This document shows positions 28,791 through 44,169 of a stretch of DNA of 64,000 nucleotides, one piece after another. The position numbers and the translations under genes are program-made. The stretch covers positions 2,666,001 to 2,730,000 of the forward strand of contig OX597814.1 in assembly GCA_951406725.2 (NCBI GenBank), written 5' to 3'. Within the stretch, counting starts at the first letter, position 1; each line of letters begins with the position of its first letter. Below the pieces are notes generated by a model that was not told the DNA's origin, searched no databases, and worked only from the letters and a program-made list of their open reading frames with translations. The DNA comes from Octopus vulgaris. Taxonomy: Eukaryota.

Positions 28791-29207
28791 TTTCGAAGCG
28801 ACGAAAGAATTATTTGGTGAAAACTGATTCGGGTAACATTTCACTTCTTATATTTCACCTTTCGGTCTATTTTGCCCCAACTTGAAAGACTGGTGAGGAT
28901 ATCGTTTCGCAATCAGAAAGATTCTAGATTAAAACCTGCAACGTAACATTTTTAAAAAGCTTGTCTGCCATAGTTTCATATAGACTAAACCACTGTGGGT
29001 AGATTTTGAGCTGTCCAGAACTCAATCGCACACTAACACATATTCATATGTGTGTGTATGCGTGTATGTGGATGTGCGTGATTAACTTTCACTAACGTAT
29101 ATTGGCAAAGAAGATACACATTGGAGAAATCTAAACAATTGTACATTGTTTACATTATTTACATTATTTACATTTGACGGATATTTGTCCTCATCTTGTT
29201 TGTTGTT

Positions 29208-29253
29208 AACACAACGTTTCGGCTGATATACCCTCCAGCCTTCATCAGGTGTC
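29208..29253 (-). ncRNA. Minimal type I hammerhead ribozyme
   Basis: GACAC-CTGATGA-A-GGCTG..CAGCC-GAAAC-GTT^GTGTT, with palindromic AACGTT. Confidence 0.82.
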
Positions 29254-29611
29254 TTGGGGAAATTTCAATATAGAACTTAAATATAGAACTGTATCAAAAC
29301 AATTATTTGTATTTCGAACGAAATCCCTCCAGATAATTGTTCAAATCGGGGGCAAAAACCCTCCCTTGTCAAAAGAAATGCAATGAATCAGTGACTGGCT
29401 TCAGCCAGTGATTATAATGTGCGAGATGAATTTTCTTGCTAATGTTCGCCAACCACGATATGAATTAAGATGCCTAGATTTGGGCCTCACTTTCCAGTCT
29501 AGCTGTAAGGGTATCGTCATGAAATACGATGAGTTCGGGGTACTTTTAAACTGAAGGATGCCATCCACTTCTAGTTGGGACCAATGCCGATTTCTTCATG
29601 AAAGAGCGAGG

Positions 29612-29671
<60 letters not shown>

Positions 29672-29979
29672 CTATTCTAGAAAGAGAGATAAAGAAGAGG
29701 GAGATTTGATCCCTTGTGAATTTAATGCTATGTTTATTGAGTCCAGAAGTATGAAATGTAAATTAAATGTCAGTGTGGATTGAACTCACATTACATATCA
29801 CCAGAACGAATACTACGCCACTTCTGCGCCAGATAAACAAAACCAACCAAAATCTCGTTTCTCTGTGCGATTTGCACACTAAGCACCACATTGCAATATT
29901 TTCTTATAATCGGCGATATTAGCTTACGTCATCTGCAAGACATGGTCACTCTCTTTCTTAGCCAATATACGTACGTACA

Positions 29980-30138
<159 letters not shown>

Positions 30139-30198
30139 CGTACATACAAACATAATATATACATACATACATATACATACATACATATATATATATAA

Positions 30199-30252
<54 letters not shown>

Positions 30253-30310
30253 TTGTGTGTGTGTGTATGTGTGTGTGTGTGTATGTATGTATGTGTGTGT
30301 ATGTGTGTGT

Positions 30311-30386
<76 letters not shown>

Positions 30387-30579
30387 ATTCTTGATTTCAT
30401 GTGAATGCTGCTAAGTTTTTCGCGGTATCTCTTCTTCCTTCGACTTCCTAATCCGTTTATAGTCTTCTTCGTTCTGATAACCGTGAGCCATCTAAATCTT
30501 GTCGTTTAGACTCCTTGCTGATGGTTTCCTTTACCATCTCCTTTGTCGCTCATCCTTCTGAAACATTGTAGTCACTCTT

Positions 30580-30794
30580 CTCTTGCTGTTGTTGTTGTTG
30601 TTGTTGTTGTCGTTGTTGTTGTTGATGTTGTTGATGTTGTTGTAGTTGTTGTTGTTTACGTCACCATCGTAATCATTATCGCTAACGCTATCATTGTTAC
30701 GATAATCCTCATTATTTCTTCTTATGCGTATTACTTTCGTTACTAAAGTCCATGAAGGTACTATTGATCATCATCATCATCGCCATTACCATCG

Positions 30795-30832
<38 letters not shown>

Positions 30833-30833
30833 G

Positions 30834-30876
<43 letters not shown>

Positions 30877-31120
30877 AATCATCATCATCATCATCGTCAT
30901 CATCATCATCGTCACCAACACCACCACCACCACCATCACCATCCTCATCATCCTCATCATCATCACCACCACCAACATTGTCAACACCACCACCAACAAC
31001 AACACTGCCGCCACTACTACCACAATCATCATCATCATCATCATCATCACCACCATCACCATCATCATCATCATCATCATCATTATCACCAACATCGTCA
31101 CCACCACCACCACCAAAACC

Positions 31121-31152
<32 letters not shown>

Positions 31153-31180
31153 TGCCGTATCACCATCGTCGTGGCCGTCA
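30580..31180. repeat. (GTT)n/(CAT)n/(CAC)n microsatellites
   Basis: Read directly. Confidence 0.9.
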
Positions 31181-31400
31181 TTACATAAGACTCACACACT
31201 GTGGGGACACCAATTTTCGCTTCCTCACCCCCACCTTCGAACCATAATCATTTCAGATATTACTAAATGAAATTTTCCTTGGATTCTTTTCTTAAAATGA
31301 ACCAAACACTGAGGAATCCCTGTCTTCGATACAAGGAAGCAGATGCCAAGTTAAGGGGCTCGTTTCACAAATTTCTAAATTGTTATTTTTAAATATAACC

Positions 31401-31795
31401 ACCAGTATCACCCGGCGTTGCTCGGGTTTGTTCCGACCCTTTAGAATTGGAAATTTTGAAAAGTAACAATTTTGCATTATGTAGCTTGTTATTCTCTTTA
31501 AGTGAACATTTTTCTGGTTGAAATACACCGAAAAATGGCGACACAGTAGTCAAAAAATCATAGAAAATAGGGATTTTCATAGAAAAAAAGCACCTTTTTG
31601 ATGTAAATAATTTTTGGTTTTAACATGGTCCGATTTGAATCTTTTTCTTTTTCTACGGAAGGAAGAGCAATCCTTCTTCTATCATACTCTCAATTTTGGT
31701 CAACTTGCGCCGCAGGGTCTCGGAGGAGATAGTGTTAGTTGAAGGCTACCAAACCTGCCACACACAGACAACTTCAGCTTTATATAGGGAGAGAT
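31401..31795 (-). mobile_element. Non-autonomous Helitron-like element
   Basis: Minus strand starts atctc..tatataaagctgaagttgtctgtgtgtg and ends with hairpin cccgagcaacgccggg about 6 nt before CTGG|T. Confidence 0.6.
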
Positions 31796-32029
31796 TTCAC
31801 TCCTTGACATCGTGGAACCTACATTTCTACATCTAAAAGGGTCTTCACAAATGTTTTTGCTAGGAAACTAAACACTGCAATGTCAAAAAAAGTCCATACA
31901 TAATGAAAGAGCACGATTGATTGCATTAGAGGAAGAAGACTATGAAGAATCTGTGAACAATTCCTTGATGAGAATGTCTTAAACAGCCAAATTATAGGTT
32001 TTGAAGCTAACGGGAGTAACGATAAAAAG

Positions 32030-32350
32030 GAGCCGTCCGTCGGTTGCGACGATGATCCTCCCAGCTGCTACGATCGACGGAACAGCTTTGTGAAATTAAC
32101 GTGCAAGTGACTAAGCACTCCACAGACACGTGTACCTTTAATGTAGTTCTCAGGGAGATTCAGCGTGACACGGTGTGTGACAAGGCTGGCCCTTTTTTGA
32201 AATACAGGTACTATTAATTTTTGCCAGCTCAGTGGACTGAAGTAATGGGAAATAAAGTGTCTTGCTCAAGGACGTAACTCATCGCTCAGAATTGAACTCA
32301 CGACCTTACGATCGGGAGCCGAATGCGCTAACCACTATGCCACGCGCCTT
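32030..32350 (-). mobile_element. tRNA-derived SINE; relatives at 63390-63700 and 44660-44900
   Basis: Head aggcgcgtggcatagtggttagcgcattcggctc..gttcaattc; tail shared with family C. Confidence 0.65.
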
Positions 32351-32527
32351 CTCGATAGTGTCAATAGCCACAACAGCAACAGCGACTCTTACGCCATTTC
32401 AAATGATGTGGTCCGCTTATACGACGGTTGTATTCAGCCAGCTACGGTAATCCCTCGACTATCGCGGGTGCTACATTCGACGACATCTCGCAATAGGTGA
32501 AAATCCGCGAAGTAGAAATAATACTGT

Positions 32528-32740
32528 CCTTTTATTCTTTTACTTGTTTCAGTCATTTGACTGCGGCCATGCTGGAGCACCGCCTGTAGTCGAACAAATC
32601 GACCCTAGACTTATTCTTCGTAAGCCTATCAGTCGCTTTTGCCGAACCGCTAAGTTTCAGAGACGTAAACACACCAGCATCGGTTGTCAAACGATGGTGG
32701 GGGGACAAACACAGATACAAACAAACGCGCGCACACACAC
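32528..32740 (-). mobile_element. SINE family A, 3' part
   Basis: Similarity to other copies. Confidence 0.75.
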
Positions 32741-32895
32741 ATACACTCACGTGTATGTATCTGTTCATGTATGTATGTATGTATGTATGTGTGTATGTAT
32801 GTATGTATGTATGTATGTATGTATGTATGTATGTATGTATGTATGTATGCATGTATATATCTATGTATAGATAGCTAAGTATCTATATGCATATA

Positions 32896-33492
32896 CAGTA
32901 ATCACTCGCCATATCGCGGTTCATCTATCGCGCCCTCAGTACATCGGTGATGTTTCTGGCTAATATGTGTAAATTTATATCGCGGACTCCTCAGTATATC
33001 GCGGGTTTCTGCAGTCGATAGGAATTTATACATTTTTAGATTTTAATTATTTCTGTGGTAAAATAAGCCTTTTTACGTCTAAAAATTAATAAATTAATAA
33101 ATAAGAATACAGTACTGCACTGAATAATACATTAATTAAAATATATTCAAAGAAAATACCTGGTGTACCGTAGATGAGTAAACAAAGAATCGCCAGCAAC
33201 CGCCCATCACTTTGTTCCTAACCCGCGAAAAAAGAGAAGAAGCGAGTACTCCTAAGGGTGTGGGGAGAGTTTATAAAAGATTAAATATATAAAAATAATA
33301 AAATAAATATAAACTATAGAAATGATATATATATATATGTAAAAAGTAAAAAATATTTACAAACTGAGACAAGAACGTGAAGCACCTAGAAGACGACACA
33401 AGAACCACAGGACGGGACATTCGAAGCCCTCAGTCATCAGTCAAGAACCGGATCATCTTCGCAATTTCGGCTGATTAATCTTGAGATTGCTC

Positions 33493-33529
<37 letters not shown>

Positions 33530-33610
33530 AGTACTGTTTCTAATTCGCAGATTTTCACCTATCGTTGGGGGTTATAAAACGTAACATCCGCGATAGTCAG
33601 ATGTTTACTG
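32896..33610. mobile_element. Tigger-like MITE with a nested TA-flanked insertion at 33340-33495
   Basis: TA-cagtaatcactcg ... gatgtttactg-TA with atcgcgg subterminal motifs. The insert matches 21743-21870. Confidence 0.6.
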
Positions 33611-33620
33611 TACATACATC

Positions 33621-33651
<31 letters not shown>

Positions 33652-33899
33652 AACGAAAAATTTACACACACACACACACACACATATCAAGAGAGACAGA
33701 CAGACAAATGTATACATGCATGTATACGCATGAAGAACAAATATCCAAAACACACATCGTCATTTAGTTCGAGGCATCGCTCTGTCTATGTTGCCGAAAG
33801 CGGACAGCTCGAAGCAAGAAGTAAACGCATATAAATAAATATAAACGTAAAGTGAAATATTTATCCTCTAACGACTAGATATCTTAATCTGGATAATCT

Positions 33900-34123
33900 T
33901 TTACTCTTTTACTTGTTTCAGTCATTTGACAGCGACCATGCTGGAGTACCGCCTGGAGCAAATCGACCCCAGGAGTTATTCTTTGTAAGTCTAGTACTTA
34001 TTCTATTCGTTAAGTTACGGGGACGTAAACACACTCCCATCGGTTGTCAAGCGATGCTGGGGGGACAAACACACACACGCAAACACACACACACACACAC
34101 ACACACATACACATACACACACT

Positions 34124-34167
<44 letters not shown>

Positions 34168-34334
34168 CACGCCTGGCTTCTGTCAGTTTCCGTCTACCAA
34201 ATCCACTCACAAGGCTTTGGTCGGCCCGAGGCTATAGTAGAAGACACTTCCCCAAGGTGCCACGCAGTGGGACTGAACCCGGAACCATATGGTTGGTAAG
34301 CAAGCTACTTACCGCACTGCCACTCCTACGCCTT
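33900..34334 (-). mobile_element. SINE family A, full length
   Basis: Head and tail both present. Confidence 0.85.
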
Positions 34335-35608
34335 ATATAATATGCAAATATAATTTTCATTTATATTTACTGTTGAACTGTTTAAATGAATGATTAGAAA
34401 ACACGTGATACAAATTCTAATTCTTGCGTCACGTTGCACGAAGGCATCTGAGCATATTTTCCTAAACTCATAGACATTCTACACCATTTAATTTCTCCCA
34501 GCCACAACGCATCAAATTTCCGTCTGTGTATAATACACTGAGCCGATGGATCGTTGAAAGTCTGGTAAACTGCAGCATTCAGTCCTACACTCTTACAGAC
34601 GTAAAGTGCCAAAAACACACAGATATATATATCAATGGCGGACGAAAATTGTCAAGCAGCGACGATTACATTGTTAAACGTGCATTTCTGTCAAATGGGC
34701 TTCGTCAGTAATAATTCTGCTCTGGCAGCAATACGCTAAGACACAATCAACCGCTACTTATGTATGATAGTTTATCGACGACGACTGGTATTTTTCTGCG
34801 TTTTTAAAAGTCTACGTCTATAAGATACAGCAACTCAGAACGAATAACGCAGTTAAGTAGGCTTTCAATGATGTATCTGCAATAGACATGATACAGAGAT
34901 TGCTATTTTGATGTGATACGGCTTCTGCTACACATAATGAGAAAGCTAAACGTTATGCTGTATGTCGGTAGGGTCATTATGCTATTAAGAAACACGCACT
35001 GGTTCTATTTCACATCTTTATTTGAAATCGAAACGGTATGTCTTTGAATGAGGAAAAGACTCTGACAAACCTGATTGATTGATTGAATAACTGGTCAAAC
35101 AATCAACCGGTTAATTGGTTAACCAGTTAATTGGTTAAAGAATTGACAAATAAAAGATACAGAAGTGAAATAGAATCCGTGCGTGTGCTTCATATTGCTA
35201 TAATGACGTACACGAAATACTGAAAATGCTTCAACACAAGACTTTGCATCAAGAACCTTGCAAAGCGAATGCAAAAACGAAATATTCTAAACTCTGGCTT
35301 AAATATATAGAACAGAAATTTCAGTTGATTTTCTGTTGATCTCACTGAGGAGACAAGGTGTTTGACGAAACTCGAGTCAGAGCAAAGAAGTGGAATCGAT
35401 ATTTATTTCGTGTGTGTACCGTCTGTTTATTTTTGATGGCACCACAAGTTGTAGTAAAAAATATATATATATATTTATTTGTGTATAAATATATTTATAT
35501 GGATACATACAGGCACACATACTTACACATACACACATATATACACACACGTATATACACTTAAATATTATATATATGTATATGTGCATATATACATATA
35601 TATATATG

Positions 35609-35697
<89 letters not shown>

Positions 35698-36535
35698 TAT
35701 AAGTGGGAGAGGTTCTTTGAAAGAAATATCTATATGTCTATGCGTATGTGCGTGTGTGTCAATATTATTTTTAAAATAAATCCGGGTATATAAACGTGTA
35801 TTTGCATATATTTGTATGGGTGCTTGTGTATGGAAGTTCTTAGACGTTTGGCAATGAAAGATTGCAATCTTTTATAAAAAAAAAAAATTGGAATGCTGTA
35901 GCTGCAAAAACCAAACATTTAAACGCACGAGACACAGACACGGAAACACTTACAGACACTTAAATACGCCGCGACCCAGGTAACCCGTGGTCATTCGAAA
36001 AGCCCATGAGTGAAAAAACAAAAAAAAGGCAAGAAAAAACGAAGTTCTCGATCTGTTAGAGAGATAGAGTAAGAATGGGGCTGAGAGAGCGTGAAGAAGA
36101 CCGAACAGCGACTATTTCAGATGGAAGTGATAACACAGAGAAGGAAAATAAACAGCACACTCGGATATAGACAGGCTTGCATTCATACATACACATACAT
36201 ATATGTATAGGCATATAAATATTTACACACACACACACGATTATAAAAGCATTCACTCATACACACAGATGTTCACAAATGCAGTTAAGGGCACTAACGC
36301 ACATATACCCATTAAGAGATATACACTGTTATATGTGTGCGCGCCGTAGCTTCTGTGTATGCTTATATATGGATACATACACACATGTATACATAAATAC
36401 ACACATATCTACGTATATTTATGTGTGTGTGTGTGCATGCGTCCGTGCGTGTGTGTATATATATATATGTATTTGCGAGTATTGTTAACACTAGCAATCT
36501 CAAAATAAAGCAGCGTATATTATATTATATTATAC

Positions 36536-36615
<80 letters not shown>

Positions 36616-37094
36616 TCGCATAAATAAACATATACATAAAAACAGAGACACCTATACATACAAGCAAAGACACACAAAGAATCATATATGAACGCTGCAT
36701 ATATAACAACGCATATATATATATATATATACACAAATATAAACAAACCCACACATTTCCTCTGTCATGTTTTCGCACACATGTACAGACATGTCTACAT
36801 ACACGCATGCACAGGTACCTACAAATATATATTCATGCGTAGATACATATATTCATATATACTAATTCCTACTCTCCTCCACACAAGAGCCGACGTTTTT
36901 GTTAAAAATACCTTAATCACCACTTGAGTTATCCTTATAGATGAGGATGGAGTCAGGTAATCATCGCTAGTCGGAGTCAGTCGGTTTGTAAGAGACTGAC
37001 GATTGTTACGCTTCACTTTCAGCAACTTTGCAGGAAAGGTATTTTCAAACAGCAATCAGTTCATTTTCACTTTTCTCTTTGAAATATATCTGTT

Positions 37095-37316
37095 TCTTTA
37101 CTACCCACAAGGGGCTAAACATAGAGGGGACAAACAAAGACAGACAGACGGATTAAGTCGATTATATCGACCCCAGTGCGTAACTGGTACTTAATTTATC
37201 GACCTCGAAATGATGAAAGGCAAAGTCGGCCTCGGCGGAATTTGAACTCAGAATGCAACGGCAGACGAAATACCGCAAAGCATTTCGCCCAGCGTGCTAA
37301 CGTTTCTGCCAGCTCG
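37095..37316 (-). mobile_element. SINE family B monomer
   Basis: Matches the unit and head of the 1232-2203 array. Confidence 0.8.
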
Positions 37317-38569
37317 ATATATATCGATATATGAAGTTGCTGTTAATCACTGATATTTTAAGGATGGAAATTCAGTCGTCGTTTAAATTGGCCCCAGTTA
37401 TTCACTGGTACTTATTGTATTGACAGCAGAAAGATGAGAGACGAAGTTAATCTCGTCGATTTTTGCTCTCAAAACATTAAGATGCACCTAAATACAGCCA
37501 AGCATTTTATCCGACATCCACATTGATTAAATTTACGTTGGCAAGAATAAAAACCGCCCTTCACTTGCTTTAGCTTAAGCCATGACTTCAAGCAGAATGA
37601 CTAGATGTCTGTATATCAGAGCCAGACGACATGACGATGGCCAGAGCTCACGAACAGTCGATCTGACAACGACACTCCATCTGACATACAATGACAGCTA
37701 CTCGACAAAAGCCCACAAGCTAGTCACCAGCTGGCTTGGCTCTGGTTGTTGCTAGTTATTTCATTCCCCGCTGCATTCTAACTGCGATGGGCTCGTCATA
37801 TCTCAATGTCTATTTCTCAGTTTTAAGTGCCTTGGGTCTGTTCCAATGAAAGCTGTAGAGATAGATAAAATCAGTGCGTTTAACTTAACCCCGTGAATTA
37901 TTTGTACTTCATCGCATATTACGAAAGAAAAGGGAAACAGTTAGAGAGATGAACATATTTCCTAAAAATAGTGAATGAATAAAATTTGTTTTTAGCGCAA
38001 ATTACAACTACGTTTTATTAAAACCATGAAACTGAATTTGTAGTGAAGTAGAAAATCCTCGATTGCTGTCCACCATACGCTGCGTCCAAATAATGTACAG
38101 GAAAATGCTGCTCTTCAATGACATTAGCAATTACGGAAATTATCTTGAAACAATATCGGAAAAGTTTTACAAAATGCCAGCACTTTCATACATACCTGTT
38201 AAGCTTTTCGAAATACAGGTTGCGACAGAAAAACATTCCACTCTTGTTTCGATTCATACTAGCGAGTAAAGTTAAGCAGGTGATAACGGTGTCTTCGTGT
38301 AGACTTTGCCTTTCACCCTTTCGGGATCGATGAATTAAGTACCAGTTTCGTACTGGGGTCGATCTAATCGACTGACCCCTTCCCCATACATTTCAGGCCT
38401 TGTGATTAGAGTAGAAAAGAATGTTTACCGTCTCTTCTTTTACCATCGTTGTTTTAATCGGCACACCCAGTGCATTCGCAGTTGAAAAGGTTGTCAACTT
38501 ATAAAATGTAAGAGACTTTCAGCCTCATCTTGTTCATACCAGTCTCCGTTAAACCAAAACACCATTTGT

Positions 38570-38872
38570 TTTTTGTTCCTTCTCGAGCTACGCCTGGCTC
38601 ATCAGGGCCGGTTTCCCGGTTTCCTTGGTGTATTGGTTCCCCACCTGGATGGGACGCCGGTCCGTCGCAGGTGAGCTGCAAGATGCAGGAGGAAAGCGTG
38701 AGAGAAAATTGTGGCGAAAGAGTCAGCAGAGGTTCGCCATTACCTTCTGCCGGAGCCGCGTGGAATTTAGGTGTTTCGCTCATAAACACACATATCGCCC
38801 GGTCTGAGATTCGAGCCCACGATCCCTCGACCGCGAATCTGCTGCTCTAATCACTAGGCCATGTGCCTCCAC
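38570..38872 (-). mobile_element. tRNA-derived SINE related to family C
   Basis: Head ggaggcacatggcctagtgattagagcagc..ggctcgaatctc; shares agcgaaacacctaaa..ccacg.ggctccggcag. Confidence 0.7.
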
Positions 38873-39134
38873 ATATCACCATTTAGCTATCATACATTTA
38901 AATTTTATTAATTTCCTTTAACATGCAGCTTCTCCTCAATACACTAGACGTTATTTTCCAAACGTCCGACAGGTTTGTATTTTCCCTGAACTAAGGATAA
39001 ACTTAAAACTTCGAGATATTTTAATGACATTCGAATTTTTCTGTCACCCTAATTTTCTCTTAAGGGATTTTATAAAAAATCTAAGAAAATGTGACCAGTT
39101 CATGCAAAAATGTTTAGTAATATTGCTTTATTTA

Positions 39135-39500
39135 AAGCGGCGAAATGCTTAGCGGTATTTCGACTGCCGCTACGTTTTGAGTTCAAATTCTGCCAAGGTC
39201 GACTTTGCCTTTCATCCTTTCGGGGTCGATTAAATAAGTACCAGTTACGCACTGGGGTCGATGTAATCGACTTAATCCGTGTGTCTGTCCTTGTTTGTAC
39301 CCTCTGTGTTTAGCCCCTTGTGGGTAGTAAAGAAATAGGTATTTCGTCTGCCGCTACGTTCTGTGTTCCAATGCAGCCGAGGTCGACTTTTGCCTTTCGG
39401 GGTAGATAAATTAAGTACCAGTTGCGTACTGGGGTCGATCTAATTGACTAGCCACCTCCTCACAAAATTTCGAGCCTTGTGCCTAGAGTAGAAAAAAATA
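39135..39500 (+). mobile_element. SINE family B dimer
   Basis: Two units joined at aaagaaata|ggtatttcgtctgcc. The second unit has an alternative tail also seen at 38290-38422. Confidence 0.75.
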
Positions 39501-39728
39501 TTGTTTAATTTAATCTCATTCCTTTCTAATACTTCTAGGTAACTTCGTAGAAGTTAACAATATTTTGGTGTTCGACGATTGACAGGGCTTTTTATAACTT
39601 TACCATGAAGCCAATATTAATAAGTGGTAAATTCATAAGTTAACTGCGATAATTTTCATTTTGCAATTGTTCCGAATACTCTCCTTTTGTTCGTATGATT
39701 TCATTTATAGTATATACATGCTTATGTG

Positions 39729-40294
39729 TTGGGTTGTCCGGAAAGTTCGTGCTGATTTATAGTAGCTTAATTTTCGACATTTTTTAGAACATGGTTGAGT
39801 TCATAAAATAGGATTTGCCTACACCTCCATTTAGAGCACATTTTAAGCTATCTTTTCGTGGAAGAACGTTAATGTTCCTATAACCTGTGTTAATTCTGTA
39901 ACCCTTTAAAGTGAAAGATAAGAAAGTTCATTTTCGGCACTTGATGCTTTGGGAACCAGACAAAAATTGCTGAAGCTCGGCTGGTATGTGTTACCCCACC
40001 CTCCATATTCACCAGATATTGCTCCTTCGGATTTCCACTTATTCAGGTCTCTGTAGAATAGTCTTAATGGTAGAAATTTCAATTCCTTGGATTACGTAAA
40101 AACATACTTTGATGAATTATTTGCCATGAAACCACCTCAATTCTGGAAATGAGATATTTTCAAGTCAAAGGAAGCATGGAAGAACATTGTGCAACAAAAT
40201 GGTTCATATTTGGTTGATTGGAAATGTAATGGCAAGTATTTATTGACCTTTTCCTTTCCTTTAAAAATCGGCACGAACTTTCCGGACAACCCAA
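39729..40294 (+). mobile_element. Internally deleted mariner transposon
   Basis: About 30-bp TIRs (ttgggttgtccggaaagttcgtgc). N-terminal DKKVHFRHLMLWE joined to LGWYVLPHPPYSPDIAPSDFHLFRSL. Confidence 0.92.
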
Positions 40295-40575
40295 TATTAT
40301 GTAAGTAGGTTTAAAATTAATTGTGTGTCCTCTTGAAGCACGTCTGCTTGTTCCAGTTTTGGTAATCCAGTATGGAGTTGTTACTTTTAAGTGAGTTACG
40401 CATTCGACTTGAAAATTCTAGAAATATTGTCTGGAGAATAATTATACATTAAAACAGGAAGTTGGAAAAAAACCTTTTGTATTATTTAATCACCGTTACA
40501 CATGTTTCATTTCCTAATAGGAATTACAAAACTGTACATGTAAGAAATTTCCTATCAAAAAATTTTCAGACACAG

Positions 40576-40616
<41 letters not shown>

Positions 40617-40699
40617 TAACACATATATACACACACATACACGCAAATACACACTTATAAACACGCATATATGTACATATGTACATACATACATACATG

Positions 40700-40800
<101 letters not shown>

Positions 40801-40937
40801 TAGCCTGCTCGCTTAGCCAGCGAAGTGGCGTCATTCGAAGGCTAAAACAATGCGAACGCATTGTGACCAGCGATGTGTAACAACATCTGATGGTCTGGTT
40901 GGTCACGTGATCACGTGATATATACATATATACATAC

Positions 40938-41016
<79 letters not shown>

Positions 41017-41384
41017 TATGTATATATATATACGTATATATATGTACATATATATATATATATACATATATATACATACATATATACACATATATATGTA
41101 GCATCAGAATAATTCAATGGCCGTTAGTGTTTGGCTGATATTTCAGCACTTAACCTTCATTGACCATTCTGTGTCCAATTTATCATTTTGAAGAACAATG
41201 ACAACTTAATGACATGAGGGTTTATATTTTATCGTTATCGCTGCCAAATTCCCAAACACGACGTCAAATATCGCTGATGATGTATATTATTAATCAATTT
41301 TGATTTATATTTAAACTAATTATTAAATTTGACATTAAAACGTTTTGACAGAGAGAGAATGAGCAATGAATAAACAGAATATAT

Positions 41385-41512
41385 GGCTAGATAGATAGAT
41401 TGATAGATAGATAGATAGATATATATATATATAGAGAGAGAGAAACAAACAAGCAGATAGAAACAGACAGATGAACTGGCAGACAGGCAGATAAGCAGAC
41501 AGACCGACAGAC

Positions 41513-41592
<80 letters not shown>

Positions 41593-41714
41593 TGATTGAT
41601 TGATTGCTTGATTGATTGATAGATAAATAGATATATAGATAGATATATAGATAGATAGATTGAGTGATTGATAGATAGATAAATAGACAGCCAGACAGAC
41701 AGATAGATAGATAA

Positions 41715-41812
<98 letters not shown>
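41385..41812. repeat. (GATA)n/(GACA)n microsatellite
   Basis: Read directly. Confidence 0.95.
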
Positions 41813-42256
41813 CCATACTTTCTTAAAGAGTAACAATAAAAATTCACCTGTAATACTCGACGGTCGAAATAAATGTAAAGATGAAATCGTTTTTGGTGAA
41901 ACTATTTTCGCTCACTAATTCCAGGCCAATAGAACACATTATTGTTGTCGTTGTTAACATCAACACCACCATCATGTATTTATTTATTTATTTATTTTCA
42001 CTGATTCTGTGCGGATTGATATTTTTACCAGAGAGCCACTGCTCGCAGACATCAGGCAGAAGAACAGAAATAGCAATTCTGATATCTCTCAATGGTCTGT
42101 TGGATATTATTCATAACCCTATGGGATATTATCGACTTCAATGGAAATAATCTACAGTATCGCGGCGGCAGAATAGAATTCAAGTTATTACTGTTGGACA
42201 GAAATATCTAGGCTTTGCCATACACATACGTATACATACATACACGCATACGTACA

Positions 42257-42305
<49 letters not shown>

Positions 42306-42397
42306 TATAGTTGTACATATACGCATGTATATATCCTTATGTATACTAGTATGCACATATACATAAATACACATATATATACATATATATGTATATA

Positions 42398-42437
<40 letters not shown>

Positions 42438-42757
42438 TATATATATATATATATACATATATATAGACATATACGTATATATGCATATATATACACACAT
42501 ATATATACATATATACGTACATACATAGATATATTTATGCGTTAATGCATGAATATGTGTGTATATGTATATGTGTGTGTATGTGTGTGTTTTTTGTGTA
42601 TTGTATATAACATTCCAAATACATAAGAACACAAAATATACATAGTCAGTCATTACGTTTTACATATAGACACATGTATGAATATATATGTGTGTGTTTA
42701 TGTGCATATATATATATATATATATATATGTTTGTGTATGTGTGTGTGTATATATAC

Positions 42758-42829
<72 letters not shown>

Positions 42830-43633
42830 TTATACACACACACGCAACATATATATGTGTTCGAAGATACATACGCTTATTCACGCTCAAAACATATTTT
42901 ATGATCATACATAAAGTGTGTGTGTGTGCGTGTGTGTTTATGTGTGTGTGTATGCTTATGTGTGTGTGTGTGTGTGTTTGTATTCTCCTGACAGCATCAA
43001 GCGCAAAAGAATAAAAAAAAGAAAAACAAAATAGAAAAAAAAAAGAAATGTAAAAATGTAAAGTAATCTGTAAGTTATAAAGAAAGAAGTTATTCCATTA
43101 CTAGAATTAGTAGAAGGAATAAGAAGTGGGGACGGTGTTGGAACCGGAGAGGAGGAAAGGCAAAAAGCTGGAGACAGAAGGAGAGAGAGAGAGAGAAAGA
43201 GAGAGAGAGTGAGTGAGTGAGAGAAAGAGATTAGCCGACAAAACGAACTGTTATAGATTATGCTTTAGTCTTGATGATAGCGCAGATTGGTGAAGAGTTA
43301 AAGCGAGAGGATATCTGGAGAAACATCAAACGTAATCGGAGAAAAACGGTGAAAGAAGGAATGGAAGAAACGGGAGAAGCAAAAAGTTTGGAGGAGAAAC
43401 CAGTGGAAATAAGCTGCAATATTTGGCATTCTAATTATTGATTAACGAAATCGAGGAAAATACAGATGCATTGCAGGGGGGTGGGTGTAATGTCTTATTA
43501 CTGGAAGAAACCGTAAGACTAATAGTTATAGAGACACGGTACACATGATGTACGATCAAAAATATAGCAAATCCATAAATTATATATACATTTACACATA
43601 TATACACACATACATATATTTCTAATTTTGTAG

Positions 43634-43666
<33 letters not shown>

Positions 43667-44043
43667 TATGCGCAATGGCCCAGTGGTTAGGGCAGCGGAC
43701 TCGCGGTCATAGGATCGCGGTTTCGATTCCCAGACCAGGCGTTGTAAGTGTTTATTGAGCGAAAACACCTAAAAAGCTCCACGAGGCTCCGGCAGGTGAT
43801 GGTGGTGAACCCTGCTGTACTCTTTCACCACAACTTTCTCTCACTCTTAGTTCCTGTTTCTGTTGTACCTGTATTTCAAGGGGCCGGCCTTGTCACTCTC
43901 TGTGTCACGCTGAATATCCCCGAGAACTACGTTAAGGGTGCACGTGTCTGTGGAGTTCTCAGCCACTTACACGTTAATTTCACGAGCAGGCTGTTCTGTT
44001 GATTCGGATCAACCGGAACCCTCATCGTCGTAACCGACGGAGT
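43667..44043 (+). mobile_element. SINE family C, tRNA-derived head, possibly tRNA-Arg
   Basis: tggcccagtggttagggcagcggactcgcggtc...ggtttcgattccc; near-identical copy at 62961-63345. Confidence 0.85.
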
Positions 44044-44064
44044 ATATATGTATATATATGTATG

Positions 44065-44160
<96 letters not shown>

Positions 44161-44169
44161 AGTATATAT

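Noticed and set aside
34394-34618. QCIIHR resembling the hAT transposase CxxH motif
   Set aside because: A single short motif with no other supporting similarity.
43667-43745. tRNA gene (also 62961-63040 and 3758-3820)
   Set aside because: These are tRNA-derived SINE heads with no proper acceptor stem; most continue into SINE bodies.
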